From positions 1 to 43,154 of the forward strand of contig JAWCLG010000009.1 of assembly GCA_038851075.1 (NCBI GenBank): a stretch of 43,154 nt of DNA, read 5' to 3'. Below the pieces are notes generated by a model, which was not told the origin of the DNA, made no database searches, and saw only the letters and a program-made list of their open reading frames with translations. The translations under genes were made by a program, and so were the position numbers. Every line of letters starts with the position of its first letter. Position 1 is the first letter of the stretch. Positions 36,500-43,154 of this stretch are shown here, piece by piece. This stretch comes from Candidatus Hadarchaeales archaeon. Lineage in GTDB: Archaea > Hadarchaeota > Hadarchaeia > Hadarchaeales > Hadarchaeaceae.

Positions 36500-38029
36500 A
36501 TGAAAAAACGCATGCGCGCGGCGCACTACCTTCGCTTCGAGAGACGCACCTACATAGAGCCAGATGAGAAGCCGTCTCCGCCTCCGGATCTCGACAAGAG
36601 GAGAATGAAATTCATCTTCGATGACATCCGGGAATTCAAACCCGCGCGGCTTGATGATCTCAAGGGGCTGCCCCACGTGGCCAGGGAATTAAAGAGGTAC
36701 ATCTCTTTTTTGAAGAACATCGATGAGTTCAGGAGCAGAGAGGTCAGAACACAACCTGGCGTGCTCTTCTACGGGGATCCAGGGACTGGAAAGACTCTCT
36801 CAGCGAGAATAATAGCAACGGAATCAAATGCCAGGCTTATAAATGTGACGGAGTTTCCGAGGGCCGGAAATGGCTGGACGGCAGAGGACATTGGGTCGCT
36901 CTTCAAGCTTGCCAGAGAGTACCGGGCCTTTAGCGACCTTCCGGTGATACTGTACTTTGATGAAATAGACTCGATATGCCCCTCTGAGGTGCCGTACAAG
37001 TTGGAGGCAACAGTCGCGCTGATGGGGGAACTTGACGGGCTGATGGGTAAACCTGAGGGCATACTGGTTATCGCTTCCACAAACGACATGGACGATGTAG
37101 ACGATGGGGTGCTCAGGGCTGGAAGGATCGGCCACCACATCTTCTTCCCCAAGCCCGATGAGGCAGGGCTTGCCGATATAATCAGACACTATGTCTCCAA
37201 GAAACCGCACGACGAGATAGACTTCGAGGGACTTGCAAGAGTGCTCGAGGGACGCACGGGCGCGGAGGTGGAGGAGCTCGTGGAGCGCGCATACTTGAAC
37301 GCCTGCCTTGACTTAACGGAGCCGCGACTTACAGAAACAGATCTTGTGCGTCTGGTGATCCGGGATATGGATTTCGGAGAGAGCGCGATGTGGAACGGGG
37401 ATGAGGAGAGATACAGGGCCTGCGTGCACGAAGCCGGACACGTCGTGATCGGGGTAACGCTCGAACTTCCGGTCGTGATGACCGCGGTTCCAGAGGAGCG
37501 CGGCAGTGGCGCCACGTTCATGCGCCCGCTGAAGCCGCCTTTAACCCGTGAGGATATTGAGAACAGGATTGTCGCGATGTTCGGGGGAGAGATTGCGGAG
37601 AGGATGATATTGGGAACCGGTTCCATCGGGAGCGAGAACGACGTGGGCAAGGCGACGACCACATCTGTGAGGCTGATCGCCGAACTCGGGGAGAAGACAA
37701 ACTATCTTGAGGAGCTCGGACTGCTGTCCGATCCATCTCCGCTTCATCCTGTAAGCGAGGAGGAGCGGGCTAGGATATACAGGGAGGCTATGGAGTTGAG
37801 GGAGAGGTGCCACGCCAGGGCCATTAAGATCCTGGAGGAGTATGGGAAGGAGGCACTTGAGAAGGTGGCCAGAGTTATAGAGGAAAGGGAGTTTCTCCTC
37901 GCTGAGGACATGGTACGGGTTGTGAGGGAGTCCGCCGATGGCAAGTTGACGATAGGCCCGGCAGAAAAAAACGGTGCGCCAGCTTGTCCGACAACCAGAC
38001 CAACAGAGGCGTCTTCGAGGAGCGGGTGA
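36500..38029 (+). CDS. Soluble FtsH-like AAA+ ATPase with M41 Zn-protease domain (no TM anchor)
   Basis: GDPGTGKT, ILYFDEID, STN...D..VLRAGR, HEAGH, GGEIAE, GSEND; SD GGAGGA before ATG 36500. Confidence 0.85.
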   Translation: MKKRMRAAHYLRFERRTYIEPDEKPSPPPDLDKRRMKFIFDDIREFKPARLDDLKGLPHVARELKRYISFLKNIDEFRSREVRTQPGVLFYGDPGTGKTLSARIIATESNARLINVTEFPRAGNGWTAEDIGSLFKLAREYRAFSDLPVILYFDEIDSICPSEVPYKLEATVALMGELDGLMGKPEGILVIASTNDMDDVDDGVLRAGRIGHHIFFPKPDEAGLADIIRHYVSKKPHDEIDFEGLARVLEGRTGAEVEELVERAYLNACLDLTEPRLTETDLVRLVIRDMDFGESAMWNGDEERYRACVHEAGHVVIGVTLELPVVMTAVPEERGSGATFMRPLKPPLTREDIENRIVAMFGGEIAERMILGTGSIGSENDVGKATTTSVRLIAELGEKTNYLEELGLLSDPSPLHPVSEEERARIYREAMELRERCHARAIKILEEYGKEALEKVARVIEEREFLLAEDMVRVVRESADGKLTIGPAEKNGAPACPTTRPTEASSRSG

Positions 38030-38087
38030 ACCGTTTATAATGTTGGAGATGATCTAAATATGGGGTTTGCTCCGGCCTGGGAATGAA

Positions 38088-39440
38088 ATGACCTCGATCA
38101 CATTTTACGGCGGCGTAAACGAGATCGGCGGCAACAAGATTTTGCTTGAGGATCGTGATACAAGGGTCTGGTTCGACTTCGGAGCGAGCTTCAACTTAGA
38201 TCAGGACTACTTCGCCGGATGGCTGCAGCCGCGCAGCTCAGCCGGGCTCAAAGACTACTTCGAGTTCGACCTTGTTCCAAAGATACCCGGACTGTACTCC
38301 GAGAAGATGTTGAAATTCACCGACCTGAAGTACAGAAAACCTGAGTTTGACGCCGTGTTCATATCACACCCTCACTTCGATCACATGCAGCACATAGAGT
38401 TCATCGACGGCTCGATTCCCGTTTACATAAGCAGGATCGGAAAGGCAGTAGTTGAAGCCTGGCAGGAAAGCAGCTCCGGCCGCGTCAATTTCGGTGATCA
38501 CGATTACCGTCCCTTCGAGCCAGGGAACAAGATCAGGGTGGGATCGCTCGAGGTGCTGCCGATGGCGGTCGACCACTCGGTGCCTGGCGCCTGCGGTTTC
38601 ATAGCGTACACCTCCGAGGGCCCGGTCGTCTACACCGGGGACTTTAGAAAACACGGACCCCGGGCTGAGCAGACGCTGAGGTTTCTGGAGAAGGTCGCCG
38701 AGGAGAAACCGGCAGCAATGATATGCGAGGGCACCAGGGTGGCGCCGAGGGAGGAGCGCCGCTACGTTGGCAGCGAAAAGGAGGTCGCATCAGAAAGCGA
38801 GAGGATACTGAAAGATGCAAGGGGGCCGGTGGTGGTGACCTTCTACGGGAGGGATGTTGATAGGATGAAAACGTTTGCGGAGGTGGCCCGGAGGTGCGGC
38901 AGAGAGTTCGTGGTCTCCACCAGAGTGGCTCGGCTGCTGACCGAGCTTTCGAAGGAAGGCCTTGAGGTGCCCAGGCGGAACAGGGACTTCACCGTTTACA
39001 TCCGCAGGCTGAGGAGCGGTGAGTTCTCGGAGAAGGATTATTACTGCTGGGAAAGAGATTTTTTGGACGACGCGGTGAACTTCGATTACGTCCACAAACA
39101 CCAGAATGAAATACTGTTGAACCTCGACTTTACGCACTTCGCGGAGCTGATCGACATACAGCCGGACAAAGGGGGGAACTTTATCCACTCGATGTCCGAG
39201 CCGCTATCCGATGAGGACATGGAAGCGGATGTGATGCAAAACTGGCTGGAGCACTTCGGGCTAAATTTCCACCAAGTGCATTCCTCCGGCCACTGCACCG
39301 GAAAGGAAATCGATCAGGTCTTAAAAAAAATAGAACCTGCATTGTTGTTTCCGGTGCACACGGAGCATCCGGAGATGTTCAGGAGAATGAGCGGGAAGGT
39401 ATGCTGGCGGATCAGGATGGGGAGGCGCTATGAACTTTAA
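38088..39440 (+). CDS. Metallo-beta-lactamase/beta-CASP ribonuclease (RNase J-like)
   Basis: GGVNEIGGN, SHPHFDH, VDHS, YTGDFR, CEGT, HSSGH, PVHTE. Confidence 0.85.
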   Translation: MTSITFYGGVNEIGGNKILLEDRDTRVWFDFGASFNLDQDYFAGWLQPRSSAGLKDYFEFDLVPKIPGLYSEKMLKFTDLKYRKPEFDAVFISHPHFDHMQHIEFIDGSIPVYISRIGKAVVEAWQESSSGRVNFGDHDYRPFEPGNKIRVGSLEVLPMAVDHSVPGACGFIAYTSEGPVVYTGDFRKHGPRAEQTLRFLEKVAEEKPAAMICEGTRVAPREERRYVGSEKEVASESERILKDARGPVVVTFYGRDVDRMKTFAEVARRCGREFVVSTRVARLLTELSKEGLEVPRRNRDFTVYIRRLRSGEFSEKDYYCWERDFLDDAVNFDYVHKHQNEILLNLDFTHFAELIDIQPDKGGNFIHSMSEPLSDEDMEADVMQNWLEHFGLNFHQVHSSGHCTGKEIDQVLKKIEPALLFPVHTEHPEMFRRMSGKVCWRIRMGRRYEL

Positions 39441-39469
39441 AAGTATGTCGCAGATGATCTGCGTCCACA

Positions 39470-39694
39470 CTAAACCAACTTTTCAATTGTGTTAATCACG
39501 ATTTTCAGGTCTGTTTTCAGAAGCCTGTCCTCAACCTCGCTGGCTTTTTCATCCAGCGTGTTTATCAGCTCCCCGACGCTTTCTGCTCTTTCTGCCATAT
39601 TTATCACAATCTCTTTGACCTCCGCCGGTCTGGCCAGATATGGGAGCGCATCTTCAAATGCCTCCCTCACCTTCCTCGCCAGTTCTTCGTTCAT
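39470..39694 (-). CDS. Small helical hypothetical protein (74 aa)
   Basis: SD AGGTG; 8 nt downstream of lrp; protein-like composition. Confidence 0.65.
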   Translation of the reverse strand: MNEELARKVREAFEDALPYLARPAEVKEIVINMAERAESVGELINTLDEKASEVEDRLLKTDLKIVINTIEKLV

Positions 39695-39702
39695 CCGCGC
39701 AC

Positions 39703-40143
39703 CTACAGGTTCACGATGCTTTCCTTCACGGTCTCCATGGCAAGAACCGTTCTCACTCCCTTCACGGATAGAGATCCTCTAATGCGGTCCTCTATGAACT
39801 TGTTCAGGTCGTCCACGTCCCTTGCCCTCACCTTGAGCATCAGCGAGTGGTCGCCGGTTGTCCTGTGTATCTCACAGACCTCGTGGCGCTTCGAGAGCTC
39901 TCTTATCAGATGGTCGATTCCTCTGGATTCGGCCTCTACCGTTACGAACGCGACGACGGTGTATCCATACTTTCTTGGATCCACCTCGATCGAGTACCTT
40001 TTTATTATGCCTCTCCTCATCAGAGATTGTATTCTCCTCCTTGCACCGGATATGCTCAGGTCCACCTCTTTGGCTATTGTCTTCAGTGATGTCCTGGAGT
40101 CATCGGCCAGCATTTTCACGATTTTCTGATCGACTGCATCCAT
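39703..40143 (-). CDS. Lrp/AsnC family transcriptional regulator
   Basis: MDAVDQKIVKMLADDSRTSLKTIAKEV...RRRIQSL...GII, TGD..L. Confidence 0.93.
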   Translation of the reverse strand: MDAVDQKIVKMLADDSRTSLKTIAKEVDLSISGARRRIQSLMRRGIIKRYSIEVDPRKYGYTVVAFVTVEAESRGIDHLIRELSKRHEVCEIHRTTGDHSLMLKVRARDVDDLNKFIEDRIRGSLSVKGVRTVLAMETVKESIVNL

Positions 40144-40176
40144 TGTCCGGCCTCCAGCGGGTTATGTGTAAATCTT

Positions 40177-41736
40177 TTACTTATTTATCTCTTTCCTGAC
40201 AAAATCTTCAGCCTCTACGAATACCACCTTTCCAGAAACTGGTTCGCATGCCCACGCGGTAACGCTGAGCGATTGAGATCGGTCGCGCACTTGGAACTTT
40301 TCCCATTTTTCATTCCGGACCAGCAGGACCCTTTCGTATCTGTCGCCGAACTTCTTCAGATATTCTCTGAGCAGGCTTGCGGCTGTGGAGAACGCTGCGT
40401 CATCGTCGCTGAGTGGCATCAGAAACTGGGACAGCGGATATATCTCCTCCAGCTCTTCGGGGACCGGACCGAAGACCGGAAGGAGCCTGATTACATGAGT
40501 TTGTTCCGGATCCGGCACTCTTGCCCTTTCAAACTCCGTGCACGGAAGAACAAGCAGGTTGTTCCTGGGCTCCGGCTCATATCTCTCCAGCAGCCTTGCC
40601 CTGTGTCTCATGACCTCTGGCCTGGACAGGGACTCTCTCCCGAGGTAAAAGAACGCGGATCTTTTCGTGACTGGGTCGAATCTCTCAATTGCTTTGGAGT
40701 ATCCGGTGAGCCGCGCGAGGCCCTCGAGCATCTTGGGATGGGCGGCGCACCGCATCTGCACGTGCTCCCACAGCCTTCCGTCGCGTATGGCCTGCCTGAT
40801 CGCCCTGAGTTCGGCGAAGGTGGCGTGAAGGTTGTGACGCGCCAGCATGAGCACCCTCTCGTCGACTTGGGCCGCGCGCAGCTCCTCGGGAGACGTTGAA
40901 GAGCAGACCTTGCAGGAGCAGGGAAACTCGCGCAGGTCCTTCAGAAGGTGAGTTCCCTCCGCGGTGATATATCTCCCATCTTTTGCGTACAGGGCGTATG
41001 CGGCGGAGTCGAACAGGTCGCAGCCCATGAGGACGGCCAGCGAGAGCATCATCGGGTGTCCCGCACCGAACAGGTGAACCGGCCTGTCCTGAGGAAGGTT
41101 GAGCTTTGCGGCCATCACCAGCTCCACAAGCTCGGCATACCTGTATCCCTCCATCAGCTCCACCGGGCTCCCGATGGCGTGAATGTGATAGTCCAACCTT
41201 CCGATCTCCCTGGCGCACTCCTCAACGAGTGACCTGAACTGTCCCCCCTGTACCGGACCGCACCACAGAACGTTCGGATTTGACCTGATTTCCGCGGCCC
41301 GGCGCGCGCGCTTTAGGGTCTCCTCCACTGTCCAGCGCGCCCTCTCAGGGCTTACGTCTACTCCGGTCGGGATGTCAAGAATAGTGGCGATGTCAGGCGC
41401 GATCCGGTCCTGATAACCGACTATTTCATCGGGCGTGACATCCACGTCTCCGTATCTCAGTATCTGGTAACCCCCGCTGTCGCACATCACCGGTCCGTCG
41501 TAGTTCAGTATTCCGTGCACCCCCCTCTTCGCAGCGTCCTCACCGAAACGCCTCATCGTGATGTAAGCGTTGGTCATGACCAGGCTGGCGCCGAACTCGC
41601 GCCTCATCTCGTCCGCGGGTATGAGGACCTCCACCGGATTTATCACGGGCATCAGGGTCGGAGTTTCAACCTTCCCGTGTTTTAGGGTGAGAACTCCGGT
41701 CCTGCCCATGCCGCATCTGTCCTTTATTTCAAATAT
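40177..41736 (-). CDS. tgtA: Archaeosine tRNA-guanine(15) transglycosylase, without PUA domain
   Basis: ETPTLMPVINP, TNAY, DSGGYQ, PVQGG, HLFGAGHP, CDLFDSAAY, CSCKVC...HN. The conserved N-terminus FEIKDR..GR.G implies an ATA start at 41736; the first ATG is at 41709. Confidence 0.92.
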   Translation of the reverse strand: MFEIKDRCGMGRTGVLTLKHGKVETPTLMPVINPVEVLIPADEMRREFGASLVMTNAYITMRRFGEDAAKRGVHGILNYDGPVMCDSGGYQILRYGDVDVTPDEIVGYQDRIAPDIATILDIPTGVDVSPERARWTVEETLKRARRAAEIRSNPNVLWCGPVQGGQFRSLVEECAREIGRLDYHIHAIGSPVELMEGYRYAELVELVMAAKLNLPQDRPVHLFGAGHPMMLSLAVLMGCDLFDSAAYALYAKDGRYITAEGTHLLKDLREFPCSCKVCSSTSPEELRAAQVDERVLMLARHNLHATFAELRAIRQAIRDGRLWEHVQMRCAAHPKMLEGLARLTGYSKAIERFDPVTKRSAFFYLGRESLSRPEVMRHRARLLERYEPEPRNNLLVLPCTEFERARVPDPEQTHVIRLLPVFGPVPEELEEIYPLSQFLMPLSDDDAAFSTAASLLREYLKKFGDRYERVLLVRNEKWEKFQVRDRSQSLSVTAWACEPVSGKVVFVEAEDFVRKEINK

Positions 41737-41782
41737 ACGACCACCAGCAGAGAATTGCGTTCGATCAAAAAAACGGTTTGGC

Positions 41783-42991
41783 TCAGCAGACCAGGTACTT
41801 TCCTCTGGCCAGATCCCTGCAGAACCTGCCCATTCCGTCGAGTTCCCTGTTGAAGGTGTCGCTTATCTTCTCCTTAATCTCGCTCAGCTGTACTCCCTCT
41901 TCAGGGATGACCCTGGCGGCCGCTATGGCCGGCTCGTCTATGGGCTTCCCGATCTCGCTGACCAGCCAGACGTATACCTCCTCCAGGTGCGGAACCTTTC
42001 TGTGTATCTCGCCCGCGATTCTGTGCGTGAGTATGTTGTATATTTTCCCGACATGGCTAACAGGGTTCTTCCCGGCCGCAGCCTCAGATCCCACGTGTCT
42101 GTTCAGCGGTATCACCCCGTTCGGGCGGTTGCCCCTTCCAACCTGTCCGGAGTCAGCCCCGTCTGCGCTGGTGCCGAGCACGGTCAGGTAAACACCGTCC
42201 ACTCCCCTCCCCCTGATGTCCAGCGTGTTGATCTTCAGGTCAACCTTTTCAAAGCTGCCGTTCTTCCTGAGAAATTCATTCAGCATGTCCGCCACCTCTC
42301 CCTTAATCCTGAAGTACTCCTCCTCGCTCTCCACGAATCTATCCACGAAGGCCGCACCGACCGTAAGAGAAAGCGATCCGTTCTTCCTGAATCCCATGAC
42401 CTTAATGTCCTCTCCGAGGGCAGGAAATTCCTTCTTGACCTTTTTTGAATTTAGGAACCTCTCAGTCTCCAGGACGACGCGCTCGGTCGGTGTCATCGGA
42501 GCGTACCCCACGGCCGCCGATGTATCGTTTGCGCTCAAAAGTTTTCCTCCTCTTCTGAATATGTCGGTGAGGGCGGCCGAGCCCGGCTTCAGCTCGACCT
42601 GGTACTTTAGGTGTTTTTCCGGGTCGACGAACCTGAGGTTCTCCTTTATCCATTTTTTCGCTGCCCTAACAGCAATTTCATTGACGTTGATCGAGTTTTT
42701 ACCAACCTGTACCGTCGCCCTGTCTCCGAAGATCAGGAGCATTGGCTGAATCACGTTCCCACCCCCGAACTTGGTTTCCACCTCTCCGGCAACAAGCAGG
42801 GACTTGTCGGCGTTGTGGTGCATGATGCTCCCGAATTTCTTCATGTACTCCGCGCTCAGCTCCACCGAGACCCTGTCGAGCACAGCATCGCATATTGAGT
42901 CGGGGTGTCCCAGTCCCTTTCTCTCCACTATTTCGAAAGGCTGCCTCTCGAGCGGCAGCTGCCTGAATTCCTCGACCATTATATTTCTCAA
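41783..42991 (-). CDS. mat: Archaeal-type S-adenosylmethionine synthetase
   Basis: EIVERKGLGHPD, HHNADK, ANDTS, GEDIKVMG, GRGNR, AGKNPVSHVGKIY. Confidence 0.95.
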   Translation of the reverse strand: MRNIMVEEFRQLPLERQPFEIVERKGLGHPDSICDAVLDRVSVELSAEYMKKFGSIMHHNADKSLLVAGEVETKFGGGNVIQPMLLIFGDRATVQVGKNSINVNEIAVRAAKKWIKENLRFVDPEKHLKYQVELKPGSAALTDIFRRGGKLLSANDTSAAVGYAPMTPTERVVLETERFLNSKKVKKEFPALGEDIKVMGFRKNGSLSLTVGAAFVDRFVESEEEYFRIKGEVADMLNEFLRKNGSFEKVDLKINTLDIRGRGVDGVYLTVLGTSADGADSGQVGRGNRPNGVIPLNRHVGSEAAAGKNPVSHVGKIYNILTHRIAGEIHRKVPHLEEVYVWLVSEIGKPIDEPAIAAARVIPEEGVQLSEIKEKISDTFNRELDGMGRFCRDLARGKYLVC

Positions 42992-43065
42992 GCGCTCGCC
43001 TCAAAGACCTGCGTTTCGGGTGGTATTTATAAGTTTTGATTCCTTTATAACTAATGGTAATAGTT

Positions 43066-43154
43066 TTGATATTCAAACCTTCCGAGATAAAGGCCATGAG
43101 AATAAGGCTCGGGCTCACCCAGGCCAGGCTCGCTAAGATGGCCGGCGTAACTCA
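43066..43154 (+). CDS. XRE-family HTH protein, N-terminus only (possibly HTH-CBS regulator)
   Basis: TTG 43066: MIFKPSEIKAMRIRLGLTQARLAKMAGVT...; truncated by the window end. Confidence 0.7.
   Translation, partial: MIFKPSEIKAMRIRLGLTQARLAKMAGVT

Overview
Archaeal chromosomal window, densely coding and mostly core genes. Archaeal markers: Hel308, aEF-2 with the diphthamide His, archaeal-type SAM synthetase, TgtA, a tRNA intron with a BHB motif, TATA boxes and GGTGA-type SD sites. The lineage is not determinable here; a deep-branching anaerobic euryarchaeote such as Hadarchaeia is a guess. Left to right: a truncated secreted 7-bladed beta-propeller/Ig/FN3 protein coupled to a KaiC-like ATPase module; hel308; elp3-GPN GTPase; an Lrp gene divergent from a pckG-purC-aspC-(Re-citrate synthase-like) operon; two tRNA-Leu genes; arsC; DUF1512-EF2; ksgA; nth; acs; a nickel/hydrogenase region (two deoxyhypusine synthase paralogs-hypA-ATPase-type hypB-nikR, two small membrane genes, and a group 3b [NiFe]-hydrogenase operon with maturation protease and cNMP-binding gene); R15P isomerase; an HTH/wHTH/soluble FtsH-like protease module; an RNase J-like nuclease; Lrp; tgtA; mat. 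The best candidate for an undescribed system is a pair of paralogous 3-TM proteins with intramembrane Met/Glu-Asp/His motifs whose TATA box lies inside a perfect NikR-type operator (GTAATA-N16-TATTAC), suggesting a new nickel transporter. Other highlights are a membrane-anchorless FtsH-like AAA+/M41 protease in an archaeon, two apparent AUA start codons and an oxaloacetate-hub operon with an Lrp-type palindrome. No CRISPR array, transposase or integrase was seen. All family calls come from motif recognition by eye, not database searches.
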